From Felis catus (lineage: Eukaryota): a stretch of 64,000 bases of DNA. The notes beneath the pieces were generated by a model. That model was not told the origin of the DNA and did not search any database. It saw only the letters and a list, made by a program, of their open reading frames with translations. Positions 26,740-42,100 of the stretch are shown in pieces. How positions within the stretch are numbered: the stretch's first letter is position 1; the number at the start of each line of letters is the position of its first letter. Location: positions 172,982,001 through 173,046,000 of the forward strand of contig NC_058368.1 in assembly GCF_018350175.1 (NCBI RefSeq), in the 5' to 3' direction. A program made the position numbers and the translations under genes.

Positions 26740-29700
26740 TGGAAAAAACACCTCAAAAACGTAAACAAAAGATCACCATACGATCCAGCAATTCCACTCC
26801 TATATACTGAAAATAAGTAAAAGCAGGCACTCACAGATATTTGTACCCCCATGTTCGTAGCAGCACTATTCACAATATTCAAAAAGGTGGAAATAACTTA
26901 AATACTCCCCAAAATGATGTACATATTCAATGCACACTCTATGAAAATTCCAAAACCCTCTTTGGAGAAATGGAAAAGCTTAATCTCAAATTCATATGGA
27001 ACTGCAAGCAGACAGAAAAGACAAAACAATATTGAAAAAAAAAAAAACAGGACTCATACATCCTGAATTCAAAACTTAACAGAAAGCTACAGTAATCAAA
27101 ACAGTGTGATACTGCGTAAGAGAAACAGATCAATGGATAAAATTGAGAGTCCAGATATAAACCCTCACCAATATGTTCAACAGATATTTGACAATGGCAC
27201 CAACACCATTCAATGGAGAAGGAATAGTCTATGCAAGAATGGTACTGAGATATGTGAATCACAAATGCAAAAGACTGAAGTTGGACTCCTTCCTCATTCC
27301 ATACACAAATATTAACTCAAATTAGATCAATGGCCTAAATACAAGAACTAAAACTATAAAACTGTTAGAAAACTCCACTCCTAGGTATAGACAGAACAGA
27401 AATGAAAATATGTATCCATAAAGACACTTAAACACATGTGTTTACAGCAGTATTACTGATAATAGCCAAAAAGTGAAAAAAATATACAAATGTCCATTGA
27501 TGCATGGTCAAAAAATTGTGGTAACTAAATAACAATAGACTATTCAGCCATAAAAATAATAATTTTGATCCATTCTTCACGGATGAACTTTGAAAACATT
27601 ATGTTAAGCAAAAAACATTATTACAGGCATGTAAGTATTACAGGCATGTAAAAAGACATGTATTTTATGATTTCATTTACATGAAATATCCACAATAGGC
27701 AAATACAGAGAGACAGAAAGCAGACTGATAAATGTCAAGTGAATGTGGAATGACTGCTTAATGGGTATGGCATTTTCATTTGAGGTGGTAAAAAATTCTT
27801 TGGAACTAGATAGAGGCAATAGCTATACAATACTATGAATGTACAAATATCAATGTACAAATATCAAATGACATATTACATTTTGTGCATTCTACCACAG
27901 TTCTTTAAAAAGAGGGAGGAGCGGGGCGCCTGGGTGGCTCAGTCGGTTAAGCGGCCGACTTCGGCTCAGGTCATGATCTCGGGGTCTGTGAGTTTGAGCC
28001 CCGCGTCGGGCTCTGTGCTGACAGCTCAGAGCCTGGAGCCTGTTTCAATTCTGTGTCTCCCTCTCTCTGACCCTCCCCCTTTCATGCTCTGTCTCTCTCT
28101 GTGTCAAAAATAAATAAATGTTAAAAAAAAAATTTAAAAAAAATTAAAAAAAATAAAATAAAAAGGGGGAGGAGAATATTGGAGTTGTACAAGACAACAG
28201 GTGTAATAATTCAGAAATAGTTCATTTTAATTATGATACTTAATTTTAAAATTTCAAATAACATTAAATGTGGATTCGTTAGGTATATACCCAAGAAAGA
28301 TGAAAACATGAACCCACATGAAAACTTATACACAAATCTTCCTAGCAGTATTCATAATAGCCAAAATGTGAAAACAAACCAAAGATCCATCAACTGATGA
28401 ACAGATAAACAAAATGTGGTATATTCATGCGCCGGAATATTAATTACAAAAAGGAACAAAGTACTGACATGCTACAATATGAATGAACCTTTAAAACATT
28501 ATGCTAAGTTAAAGAACTCAGTCACAAAGACCACATATTATATGACTCAATTTATATGAAATATTCAAAATGGGAAAATCCATAGAAAAAGAACAGACTG
28601 GTGGTTGTTTAGGGCTGAGGGGTGTGACTGCTAATGACATAATGAAAATTTTTAAAGTTTGATTATGGTAATCGATGTGCAACTCAATGAATATATTAAA
28701 AATCACTGAATTATATACTTTTTTTTTCTTTCTTTTTAAGATTTTATCTTGGGGCACTTAGGTGGCTCAGGGCAGTTAAACATCCAACTCTGGATTTGGG
28801 CTCAGGTCATTATCTCACATTTGTGAGTTCAAGCCTTGCATCTGGCTCTGTGCTGATAGTGCAGAGCCTGCTTGGGATTCCCTCTCCCTCTCTCTCTGCT
28901 CCTCCCCCACTCAAGCTAGCTCACTCTCTCTCAAAATAAATAAACTTTAAAAAAAAAAAAAAGATTTTATCTTTAAGTAATCTCTACACCCAATATGGGA
29001 CTTGAGCTTATAACACCATGTTATCAAAACACTCATGCTCCACTGACTGAACCAGCCAAACACCTAAAATTACATACTTTAAATGGGTATATTGAATGGT
29101 GTATGAATTATACCACAATAAAGCTATTAAAAATTTAAAACAAAGTTTTATCTGCCCCCACATACTAAAATTAACTCAAACTCATCAAAAATCTAAATGT
29201 TAAGAGCTAAAACTATAAAATTCTTTGAAAATACAAAGCAATAAGTCTTCATAGCCTAGGATTTGGCAACAGATTCATAAAAAGGAAACCAAAAGAACAA
29301 TCAACAAAAGAATATACAGGTAAATTGGACTTCATCAAACTTAAGTTTTTTGTGGAGAGCACTATCAAGAGTGCTAGGATATCCACCCAATAGGAAAAAA
29401 CATTTACAAACCACGTATCTAATAAAGGTCTCATATCTAGAATATATACATGACTTCTACAACTCAACAACAGAAAAAGATAAAGGAAACGATATAGGAA
29501 AAAGTCTGAAAATGTACGGTGATGATGGCTATACAACAATGTAAATGTACTTAATGCCACTGAAATACACACCTAAAAATCTTTAAAATATAAATTTTAT
29601 GTGTGTATACTTTACACTCTTTTTTTTAAATAAGGAAAGGACTCAAATAGACATTTCTCCAAAAAAGATGAATAGCCAATTAGCACAGGAAAAGATGCTC

Positions 29701-32700
29701 ATTAGTCATTAAGGCAACGCAAATAAAATGATGAGATACCACTTCACATGCATTAAGATGGATATAATTAAAAAACAAAAAACAAAAAACTAGTAAGTAT
29801 TGGCCAGGACGTAGAGAAATTAGAATCTTCATACGCTGATGGTAGGAATGTAAAATAGTGCAGTGGGGTAGCCTGGGTAGCTCATTCGGTTAAGCGTCTC
29901 ACTCTGGATTTCAGCTCAGGTCATGATCTCACGGTTACTGAGATGGAGCCCTGAGTCGGGCTCTGCACTGACAGAATGGGGCCTGCTTGGGATTCTCTCT
30001 CCCTCTCTCTCTGTCCCAACCTCATTTGTGTGCACACATGCTCTCTGTCTCTCAAAATAAAGAAAGATGGGGGAAAAAAAGGACCTTTGTGTTCATGAAC
30101 TGGAAGATTTAATATTGTCAAAATGTATATACTACTGAGGGGCACCTGGCTGGCTCAGCTAGTAGAGCATGGAACTCTTGATCTCAGGGTTGTGGGTTTT
30201 AGCCACACACCGGGCATAGAGATTACTTAAAAATAAAATCTTACCCAAAAAAGTACATACTACTGAAAGCCATCTATAGATTCAACTCGATCCTTATCAA
30301 AATTACAAAGGCATTTTTTACTGACATAGAAAAAAAGCCCTAAAATTTATATGGAACCATAAGAGACTCCTGAATACTCAAAACAATAATGAGGAGCAAG
30401 AAGAACAAAGCAAGAAGTCTCACACTTTCTGATTTCAAAATATATTACACAAAGCTACAGTAAACAAAACAAACATAAAAACAGACATATTGACCAAAAG
30501 AACAGAAGAGAGAGGCCAAAAATAAACCCACACATTTATAGTAAACTATCTTCAACAACAAGGGCAAGAATATACAATGGGGAAAGGACAGGCTCTTCAA
30601 CAGATGTATGGGAAAAGTGAATATCCACTTACAAAAGAATAAAATAGAACCTTTAACTTATACCATATACAAAAATCTACTCTAAATTAAGTAAGCCTTA
30701 AACTTAAGACCTTAAAGTTCTAAAAGAAAATATAGAGGAAAAGTTTATTGACACTGGCCTTGGCAATGATTTTCCTGGATGACACCAAAAGCATGGGAAA
30801 CAAAACGATAGATATGCAGGCTTCTGCACACCAAGGGAAATGATCAGCAAGGTGAAAAGACAACATACAGAATGAGAGAAAATATCTGCAAATCATATAT
30901 CTGGTAAAAAGGAAATATCCAATTTGTAGAAGGAACTCTTATAACCCAACAGCAAAACTATCCAATTTAAAAACGGGCAAAAAAGGGGCGCCTGGCTGGC
31001 TCAGTCAGTAGAGCATGTGACTCTTGATTTTGGGGTCCTGAGTTCAAGCCTAACAGTGGGCATAGAGCTTGCTTAAAAAACAATAAATAAACAATAAATA
31101 AGTAAAAATGGGCAAAAGATCTGAATAGACGTTTCTCAAAGACGACATAAAATACAATGGTTTAACAGGCATAGAAAAGCCGCTCAATATAAGTAATTAT
31201 CAGGGAAATGCAAATCAAAACCACAATGTAGTGTCACCTTACACCTATTAAGATGGCTATTCTCAAAAAAAAAACAAACAAACAAAACAGGTAACTGTTG
31301 TTGAGAATGTGGAGGAAAAGGGAACCCTTGTACACTGTTGGTGGGAATGGAAATTGGTACTATGAAAATCAGTATGGAGATCTCTCAAAAAATTAAAACT
31401 ACAAAAAAATAAAATAAAACTAGAACTACCAGGGCACCTGGGTGGCTCATTGGGTTAAGTCACCCGACTTTGGCTCAGATCATGATCTCCCGGTTTGTGG
31501 GTTGGAGCCCCACATTGGGCTGTATGCTGTCAGCACACAGCCTGCTTCAGATCCTTGTCTCCCTCTCTCTCTACACATCCCCTACTCACGCAAGCACACT
31601 GTTTCTCAAAAATAAATAACCACCAAAAAAAAAAAAAAATTGAAATCAGGATCTCAAAGAGATATATACATTCCCATGTTCACCACAGCATTATTTACAA
31701 TAGCAAAGACCTGGAATATTATTTACAATAGCAAAGACCTAGCAAAGACCTGGACCTAAATATCCATCAATACATGAATAGTTAAAGAAAATGTGGTATA
31801 TATGCATACAATGGAGAGTTATTCAGCCTTTAAAAAAATTTTTTTTTTTTTATGTTTCATTTTATATTTGAGAGAGAAAGCAAGCAGGAAAGGAGCAGAA
31901 AAACAGAGACAGAATCCAAAGCAGACTCCAGGCTCCGAGTTGTTAGCACAGAGCCCAATGCGGGGCTTGAACTCACAAGCCATGAGATCATGACCTGAGC
32001 CAAAGTCGGACACTTAACCATCTGAGCCACCCAGGCACCCCAACTTTTTTTTTTAAAGCAAGCTCTACACCCAACATGGGGCAACAACTCATGGAACAAA
32101 TCCAGCCACTTACTACAACATAAATCAACACAGAAGACATTATGCTAAAGGAAATAAGTCAGACACAGAAAAACAAATTCTACACAATCCCACTTATTAT
32201 CACAAACATAACTAGTCAAATTCACAGAAGTAGAATGGTAGTTGAGGGGGGAAGAGGATATCAGGGAGGTGTTAGTTAAAGCGTACATAGTTTCACACAT
32301 ACGAGATAAATTCTAGAGATCTGCTGCACAGCATAGTGCATACAGTTAACAATACCATATTATATACTTGAAAAATATGTTAAGGGGATAGGTCTTATGT
32401 TTGATGTTCGCAAAAGAAGAAAAAGGGGAGGTGCCTGGGTGGCTTACTTGGTTAAGCAACCAACTTTTGATTTTGGCTCAGATCATGATCTCACAGTCAT
32501 GAGATGGAGGCCTGCATCAGGCCCTGAGCTGAGAGTGGAGCCTCCTTAAGATTCTCTATCTATCTCCCTCTGCCCCTCTCCCTTGCTCACGCTCTAGCTC
32601 TCTAAAATAAAATTTTAAAAAATAAAAAACAAGAAATAAACATTTAGGGCACATCCACAAACTAACCGCCTAGGTGCTTAAAAAAAAAGAGGGAAGAAAC

Positions 32701-34460
32701 TTTTAAGCCCATGGTTCGATGTATGACATTATATATGGTGCTAATTCTACAGATGTATACTGATCTTTAAGTTTATCAAGAAGTATAGATTAAATATGTA
32801 CACTTTTGTGTAACAAAAAAAAAAATTAAAGGGGAAAAAGGTTAAAATTACCATATGGCACAGCAATTCCACCAAGGGGTATTTACACAAGAGATTCAAA
32901 AATAGGTATTCAAATAAAACTTGTATACAACTATTCACAGCAACATCATTCATCATAGCCAAAAAATAGAAACAAAAGGAACAACAAGTGTTGGCGAGGA
33001 TGTGGAAAAAAAGGAACACTTTTGCACTGGTAGTAGCAATGCAAACTGGTACAGGAATTATGGAAAACAGTATGGAGGTTCCTCAAAAAGTTTTAAGTAG
33101 AACCACCCTACAATCAAGCAACCACACTATTGGGTGTCTACCAAAAAAATACAAAAACACTAATTTAAAGGGATATCTGCACCCTGATGTTTATAACACC
33201 ACTATTTACAATAGCCAAAAAATGGAAGCAACCCAAGTGCCCACTGATACATGAATGGATAAAGAAGATGTGATATATGTATACAATGGAGTATTATTCA
33301 TCCATAAAAAAGAAAGAAATCTTGCCATCTGTAATGACATGGATGGAGCTCGAGAGTATAATACTAAGAGAAATAAGTCAGTCAGAAAAAGACAAATTTC
33401 ATATGATTTCACTCATATGTGGAATTTAAGAAACTAAACAAATAAGCAAAGGAAGAGAGAAAAGAGACAACCAAGAAATCGACTCTATCTTAAGATAGAG
33501 AACTAATAGTCACCAGAAGGGAGGTCAGTGGGAGGAGAGGTAAAACAGGTTATGGAGATTAAGGAGTGCACTTGTGATACACATTGGGTGAGGAATGAAA
33601 TTGCTGAACTGTATTGTACACCTGAAACTAACATAACATTGTTATGTTAACTATACTGGAATTAAAATTTTTAAAAAAGATATGTGACCAACAAAATAGA
33701 TAAGTAAAATACAAAAAATGGGAACAAACCAATATCGATGAATTGATGACTAAAAAAATGTGGTAAATCCACATCATGAAATATCATTCGGCCACAAAGA
33801 GAAATAAAAGTACTGATACCCACTATAATGTGAATGAAACTTGAAAACACGATACTACATAAAAGAAGTCAAACACAGAAAGCCACATACTTTAATTCCA
33901 TTTTTATGAAATGTCTAGTGTTGGCATACCCATTAAGACAAAAGAAGAACAGTGGTTTCCATGGGTTAGGGAAAAGGAAGGGGCACCTCGTGGAGCATGT
34001 GCCTCTTAAATATCAGGGTTCTGAGTTCAAGACCCACGTTAGGTGTAGAGATAACTTAAAAATAAAATCTTTATAGACAGGTGGGTGGCTCAGTTTATTA
34101 AATATCAAACTCTTGCTTTCAGCTCAGGTCATGATCTCACAATTTTTGAGTTTGAGCCCCAAGTTGGGCTCTGTGGTGATGCATGGAGTCTGCTTCAGAT
34201 TTTCTCCCTCCCTCCCTCTCTCTGCATCTCCCCTGCTGGCCTGCTGGCTCTCTCTCTCTTTCCAAAAAAATATCTTTTTAACTTAAAGAATAAAAAATTT
34301 AAAAAACAAAATCTTAAAAAAAAAAAGGAAAAAGGGAAAATGGGGAGCAACTGGTTAAAGAATCAGGAGTTTCTTTTTGAGTGATAAAAATGTTCTGCAA
34401 TTAAATACTGGTAGTGGTTGCACAACACTGTAAATAAAAGAAATGCCAATGAACTGTATA
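26740..34460 (+). mobile_element. Cluster of nested old L1 ORF2/3' fragments with many CanSINE insertions
   Basis: Repeated degenerate L1 3' motifs (CCAGCAATTCCACTCC, ATGGAATATTATTCAGCC, GAAAACATTATGCTAAG, GGAAATGCAAATCAAAACCACAATG). Confidence 0.85.
32977..33711 (+). mobile_element. Carnivore L1 3' fragment inserted in an older L1
   Basis: Near-TSD CAAAAAATAGAAACAAA (32960-32976) and CAAAAAATGGGAACAAA (33712-33728). The host L1 resumes after it. Confidence 0.8.
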
Positions 34461-34741
34461 CTTTAAAATCATTAAAATGGTGGGGCACCTGAGTGGCTCA
34501 GTCGGTTAAGCATCTAACTTCAGCTTAGGTCATGATCTTGCGGTTTGTGAGGCCTGTGTCAGGCTCTTTGCGGTCAGCAGAGAGCCCACTTTGGATCCTA
34601 TGTCTCCCTCTCTCTCTCTGCCCCTCTCCCTATCCTGCTCCTGCACAAGCACGCCCTCTCTCTCTCATAAATAAATAAATACATAAATTAAATCGCTAAA
34701 ATGGTAAATTTTATAAGCTATTTAAATTGCACCTCATTTTT

Positions 34742-34957
34742 TTTTTATTTTTTTTTTCAACGTTTATTTATTTTTGGGACAGAGAGAGACAGAGCATGAA
34801 CGGGGGAGGGGCAGACAGAGGGAGACACAGAATCGGAAACAGGCTCCAGGCTCTGAGCCATCAGCCCAGAGCCCGACGCGGGGCTCGAACTCACGGACCG
34901 CGAGATCGTGACCTGGCTGAAGTCGGGTGCTTACCGACTGCGCCACCCAGGCGCCCC
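34742..34957 (-). mobile_element. Young feline CanSINE
   Basis: Near-identical to 7459-7694. Flanking CCTCATTTTTT repeats at ~34732 and ~34958. Confidence 0.9.
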
Positions 34958-35724
34958 CCTCATTTTTTTTTTAAGTAGGCTTCAGGCCCAGCATTGAGCC
35001 CAAGGTGTGGCTTGAACTCACAACCCTGAGATCAAGACCTGAGCTGAGATCAAGAGTTGGATGCTTAACTGAACTACCCAGATGTCCCTGATCTCATTTT
35101 CTTAACAACTAAGTATTTAGGGGCACTTGGGTTGCTTAGTCAGTTAAGCATCCGTCTCTTGGTTTTGGCTGAGGTTATGATCTCACGGTTTCCTGAGTTC
35201 GAGCCCCAGGTCAGGGTCCACACTGAAAGTGTAAAGACTGCTTGGGATTCTCTCCCTCTCCTTTTGCCCCTCCCCCACTCACACTGTCCCTTTCTGTATC
35301 AAAATAAATAAACTTAAAAAAAGTCTTTTCATTTAAAAAAATAAAACAAAACAAAAAAACTAAGTGTCTAGTTTCCTAAGGTAACTATTTTTTAAATGGA
35401 ACATTTTGTATATGGTATGATAAACTTAAAGAACATTTCATTACTTCATAGTTACACTGACATCGTAGTTATTTATTAGTAAACAGATATAACTCATCAA
35501 ACAAATTCTCATACTAGGTAGACGTTAACATGTAGCTTTAAAATACAGTACAGATTTGCAGGTAACATTTGTCTCTCCAATGTTTTTAAGCCAACTTGAC
35601 ATGCAGACATGAAAGAAACTAATAATCAAATGTCTACCTCCAATTTAATCTTCCATTTATAAGACAAGAGTCCACTAAAAATACATTAGAAATGAACAGT
35701 GCCCTTAGTCCTTTGTAACCAGAA

Positions 35725-35975
35725 GAGGCAGCATAGCAGAGAGAAAAATGCTCTGAAACCAGATGGCCCTGACTAGAATACTAGCACCATCACTTGGGAA
35801 ACCTCTCAATCTGTCTAACCTTGTATTTCCTAATGTGTAAACCTGAAATAATGACTGTGCCTAGCAACTCATGGGGTTGCTCTGAGGATTATAAAATGAG
35901 ATAATACTTAAGTGCTTAGTAGAGAGCCTGGCTGCCTAGCATATGGAATTCAATATATGTTAAATATTATAATTA
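35725..35975 (+). mobile_element. MIR, near full length
   Basis: GAGGCAGCATAGC ... GGGTTGCTCTGAGGATTATAAAATGAGATAAT..AAGTGCTTAG..TCAATATATGTTA. Confidence 0.7.
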
Positions 35976-37364
35976 ACAATAGGAGCCAATATCCACCATA
36001 TGCCATGCACTGTGCTAAGACTTAATTTTCCAAATATTTTATGCATTAAGATACTAAACATAGGAGTCAAGTGTGGTCTCAAATGGAGATCTGTCCAATT
36101 TCAAAGCCCATGTTCTTTCTACAATGCCAAATTGCCTTTCTATACAACATATTCATCGTTATAACTTTGTCATTATTTATCAACTAAGGGAGACGTTAAT
36201 TAAATTACTTCACATTTCATATAGAAAAGTAAAAACATAATAAGGCTAATTAAATACAATGTTTATAAATACTTAAAAAAAAAAAAAAGAAAAACTACAG
36301 GGGAGCCTAGCTGACTCAGTCAGTAGAGCATGTGACTCTTGATCTTAGGGTTGTAAATTTGAGCTTCATGCTGGGTGCAGAGCTTACTTAAAAAGTTAAA
36401 AACTATATTTAAAAATAAATACATACATACATACATGCTATGATGATTTCCAGTTTGGTCAATTTAAAAAAATCCTTAACAGCTTAGAAAAACTCTTACG
36501 ATTTTTTTAAATGGGATTTAATCTATGTTTTTTCCTAAAGAGTAGCAACCAAAAATAAGAAACAACTAAATACAACTAAATACAAGGGGAGGAATATAAT
36601 CCAATCATTTAAACAAAAAAAGAGAAAACTCAGGTAAAGGCCTAGACCTTGACTACCCACCTTGAACAATATCCTTTCCTGCCCCACCCTCCCTAACTAA
36701 TCACAACATATTCAACTCTTTATTCTCCTAAAGCAGCAACTATTTCAATCTTTGGAATCCTAAATCATATTCTTCTCAGCCTAGCACACATTCCCCTGCC
36801 CCAACTTCTACCATATTCCCATCTTACAAATGGCTCGCAAATAAAAAAATAAAATAAAATAACTGGCAAATGAATGCACTGTCTCAGTTATTGTTAGTAA
36901 TTATCAAAATGCAATAGTACAATAAAATATACTTGCTAGTGTCACTTTTATTTTTTTATTTTTTTTAAATGTTTATTTATTTTTGAGAGAAAGCATGCAG
37001 TGCAAAAATAAAGGAACCAAGGATCCAAAGCAAGCCTCCTGCGGACAGCAGAGAGCCAGATGCAGGGCTTGAACCCACAAACCATGAGATCACAACCCCA
37101 GTGGAAGTCGGACACGCAACTGACTGAGCCACCCAGGTGCTCCTAACTTCTAAGTTTTAAAAGTGACTTTGGGGTGCCTGGGTGGCTCAGTCGGTTAAGT
37201 GTCCGACTTCAGCTTGGGTCATATCTCACGGCTTATGGGTTCCAGCCCCATTTCGGACTTGCTGATGCCGGGACGGAACCCGCTTTGGATCCTCGATTCC
37301 CCTCTCCCTCTCAATGCCCCTCCCCATCTCTAAAAAAAAAAAAAAAAAAAAAAACCTTAGAGAG

Positions 37365-39190
37365 TAACTCCTACTATAAAAATAACCACATAAAAAATTA
37401 AGTAAAATTCATTCTGTCAGGACAATTATTACCCTAATATCAAAACCAGACAGGGACATTCCAAGAGAACCATACACCTATACGCTAGTATCCCTAATGC
37501 CTGAAAATGTAAAAATCTTCAAGAAAATACCAGCAACCCAAATACAGCAACCTACAAAAAATATACAACTCTACACAAAATGGATTTTATCCCAAGAATG
37601 CAAAACTGGTTCAATATACAAAAAAATCAATATAATACATACATTAAAAATGAAGAGGGGATGGAACTACACCAAAATAAAAAGATTTTGTACAGTGAAG
37701 GAAACCATCAACGAAATGACAAGGCAACCTACTGAATGGGAGAAGATATTTGCAAATAATGTATCTGATAAGAAGTTAATGTCCAAAATATACAAAGAAC
37801 TTACACAACACAAAAAATCTGATTAAAACAAATAGTCTGATTAAAATAATCTGATTAAAAAGGAGCAAAGGACCTGAATACACACTTTCCCAAAGAAGAT
37901 ATACAGACTAACAACAAATCACCCAAGACAAAATTAAGGGGCTAGCTCAGCTGGTAGAATACACGACTCTCAATCTCAGGGTCCTGAGTTCAAGCCCTGT
38001 GTTGGGGCATGGAGCCTACTTACAAACAAAACAAAACAATTCCATTTAAAATAGCATCAAAAAAGTTTAGAATTAAATGTTTAAATGGAGTGCGAGGGGC
38101 GCCTGGGTGGCTCAGCGGGTTAAGCATCCGACTTTGGCTCAGGTCGTGACCTCATGGTTTGTGCGTTCGAGTCCCACACTGGGCTCTGTAATGACAGCTC
38201 AGAGCCTAGAGCCTGCTTCAGATTCTGTGTGTCACTCTCTCTCTCTGCCCCTCCCCTGCTCACACTCTGTCTCTCTCAAAAATAAATAACATTAAGAAAT
38301 TAGAATAAAATAAAATGTTTAAAAAAAAAAGGAGTGCAAGACTCGTATGCTGAAAACCATAAACCACCACTAAACAATATTAAAGACCTAAATAAATGAA
38401 ACAATATTTCATGTTTAGGGATTGGAGATAATATTGCTAAGATGAAGAAAAACCTCAAAACAATCTATAAATTCAACACAGTCTCTATCAAAATTCCAGT
38501 TCCCTTTTTTGCAGAAAGTGACAAGCTGATCCTAAACTGTATATGAAAATGCAAGGGGACAGAATAAACAAAACCACCTTGAAAATGAAAAACAAAATTA
38601 GAGGACATACACTTCCTGATTTCAAACTTACTACAAAGTTATATCAATCATAAATGTGTGGCAGTGGCATAATTATGGATAGACATACAGATCAACAGAA
38701 GAACATAATTGAGAGTCCACAAATAAATCCTGACATATTTACAAGGGTGCCAAAATCATTTACTAAGGAAAGAATAATCTTTTCAACAAATGGTGCTGGG
38801 ACAACTAGATACCCACATGCAAAAGAAGTTGGGCTCCTATCTCACACCATATACAAAACATTCTAAATGGATAAAAGACCTAAATTTAAGAGCAAAAATA
38901 CAATTTTACAAGAAATCATAGGAGTAAATATTCCTGATTAAGATTTTATTTTTTTTTTTGTTTAGTATGTATCTTTTTAAGATTTTATTTTTAAGTAATC
39001 CCTAAACTCAATGTGGGGCTTTAACTTACAACCCCGGGATCAAGAGTTGCATGTTCTACTGACTAAAACCAACCAGATGCCCCATCTTCCTGATTTTCTA
39101 TTAGACAATGTTTTCTTACATATGACACCAAAAGCACAAAGAAAAAAAAATTAAATAAACTGGACTTGATCAGAATTAAAAACCTTGTGC
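37365..39190 (+). mobile_element. Fragmented old L1 ORF2 pieces with SINE insertions
   Basis: [42 protein letters not shown] and IIFSTNGAG-type degenerate ORF2 segments. Confidence 0.8.
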
Positions 39191-39193
39191 TTT

Positions 39194-42100
39194 GGGGTGC
39201 CTGGGTGGCTCCATCAGTTAAGCATCTGACTCTTGATTTGGGCTCAGGTCATGATCTCAATGTTCATGAGTTTGAGTCCCATGTCCAACTCCATGCTGCC
39301 AGTGCAGAGCCTGCTTGGGATTCTCTCTCCCTCTCTCTACCTCTCCCCAACTCGCTCTTCCCCTCCCTCTCTCCCAAAATAAACTTTTTAAATAAATGGT
39401 TAGGGTAGAAAATTTCATGTTATGTGTACTTTACCACAATTAAAAACTAGGGGCACCTAGGTGGTCAACTGGTTAAGCGTCCGACTCTTGATCTCAGCTC
39501 AGGTCTTGATCTCAGGGTCATGAGTTCAAGCCCTGTGTTGGACTCCATGCTGGGTGTGAAGTGTACAATAAATAAACAAACAAATAAGTGGATGAATAAA
39601 TAAATAAAAGGGGTGTCTGGGTGGCTCAATCAGTTAAGCATCCAACTCTTGATTTCAACTCAGGTTATGATCTCACTGTTCATGAGATGGAGCCCTGTGT
39701 CAGGTTCCATGCCTATAGCATGGAGCCTGCTTGGGATTCTCTCTTTCCCTCTCTCTGTCCCTCCCCTGCTGGTGCTCTCTCTCACAAAATAAATAAACAT
39801 TTAAGAAAATAAAAATAAGTTAAAAAATAAAAAATAAAAATTTGAGGTGCCTGGGTGGCTCTCTCAGTTAAGTGTCTGCCTCTTGATTTCAGCTCAGGTC
39901 ATGATCTCAGTCATGAGATTGAGCCCCACCTCATGCTCCATGCTGGGCATGGAGCCTGTTTAAGATTCTCTCTCTCCCTCTCCCTTTGGCCCTCCCTGTC
40001 CCACTCTCTCTCTCTCTCAAAATAAATAAGTAAATAAATAAGTAAATAAATAAATAATAAAAAATAAAGAATTCCCACTGAAACAGGCACATTCATATAC
40101 TGCTGGTTGGGATTGTAAACATATATACTTACTCTAAGTGGTGAAGCATAGTAATATCTTTTGAAATTATATATATATATTTAATTTTGACCCACAAGCC
40201 CAGTTCTTGAGAGTAGAGATTTATTTTACAGATGTATTTACATACACTGAAATATGTGTATGTATGTATGTATGAATTATGCATATGGTTGTTCACTTTT
40301 AGCAAAAGAATATATGAATTGAAAATGCCCATATTCATACAATAGAAAAGAATCCACATGTAAAAAAGAATGAGAGAACTATGTTATAAAATGGAAAGAT
40401 TTCAGGGCACCTGGCTGGCTCAGTTGATAGAGCATGCAACTCTTGAGCTTCAGGTTCTAAGTCTGAGCCCCACATTGGGTATAGAGATTACTTAAAAATA
40501 AGATCTTAAAAATGAATAAATGGAAAGATTTCTACAATGTATTAAATGAAAAAGCAAGATTATGTGTGCATAATCTGCTACCTTTGTCATAAAAAGGGTG
40601 GGAGGTGCCACAGGAATTGAAGGTATTAAATGAGCAGACAACGAACAAGGGTACTTCACTGGTTACCTTTTTGTACTGTATTTTTGAGCCACATATCTAT
40701 GCAAAAATTCAATTCAGTTTAAAAGTAAAAAGTGGGGGCAGCTGGGTGGTTCAATCAGTTAAGCATCCAACTTTTGGTTTTAGCTAAGATCATGATCTCA
40801 GTTTGTGGGTTCAAGCCCCAGTCGGTCTCTGTATTAACAGTGCAGAGCCTACATGGGATTCTCTCTCTCCCACTCATATTCTCTCTTTCCCTCTCTAAAA
40901 ATAAATAAACTTTAAAATAAATAAATAAACAAACAAACAAACAAATAAATAAATAAATAAAATAGTAGAGGTGCCTGGGTGGCTCAGTCAGTTTAAGGGT
41001 CTGACTCCTTGATTTTGGCTCAAGTCATAATCTTAGGGTCCTGAAATCAAGCCCCACATTGGGTTCCACGCTCAGCGCTGGGCCTGCTTAAGATTTTCTC
41101 TCTCCCTTGGGGCAACTAATGGCTCAGTCCATTGACCTTCTGATTCTGTTTTGGCTCAGGTCATGATCCAAAGGTTCGTGAAATCAATCCCCAAGCAGGG
41201 CTCTGTGCTGACAGCACTGATCATGCTTGGGATTCTCTCTCCCAATCTCTCTCTCTCTCAAAATAAACATAAAAAAAAAATAGGATTTTCTCTTCCCCCT
41301 TGCCCGCTCACAGGAAATTTCTCTCAAAACAAAAAAACAGTAGTTAATCATGGCCTATTTTGCATACTTAAGCACTCTTTTTTTTTTTTTTGAAGGGGGG
41401 AGCAAATGAGAGAGAAAAGGAGAAGCAGGGCTCACATTCACCTGAAGAAGGGCTCAAACTCAAGAACCATGAGATAATGACCTGAGCCAAAGTCAGATGC
41501 TTAATGACTGAGCCACCCAGGCGCCCCTTAAGCTTTCTCCTTTAATCAAAACTATTCATAGGGGTGCCTGGGTGGCTCAGTCGGTTGAGCGTGCAACTTC
41601 AGCTCAGGTTATGATCTCACGGTTCGTGGGTTCGAGCCCCGGGTCAGGCTCTGTGCTGACAACTCAGAGCCTGGAGCCTGCTTCGGATTCTGTGTCTCCC
41701 ACTCTCTCTGTTCCTCCCCTGCTCGTTCTGTCTCTGTCTCTCAAAAATAAACAAACATTAAAAAAAATTGAAAAAAAAACTATTCATTTCGGGGATTCTG
41801 GGTGGCTCAGTCAGTTAAGCCTCCGACTTCAGCACAGGTCGTGACTTCACGGTTCATGAGTTCAAGCCCCATATCAGGCTCTCTGCTGTCAGTGCAGAGC
41901 CTGCTTTGGATCCTGTCTCCCTCTCTTTTTGTCCCTCTCCCACTCTCTCTCTCTCAAAAATAAACATTTAAAAAATATTTCAAGGGGCACCTGGGTGGCT
42001 CAGTCAGTTGAGTGTCCAACTTCTGCTCAGGTCATGATTTCACAGTTTGTGGGCTCAAGCCCCGCATCGCGATCTATGCTGACAAGCTTGCTCAGAGTCT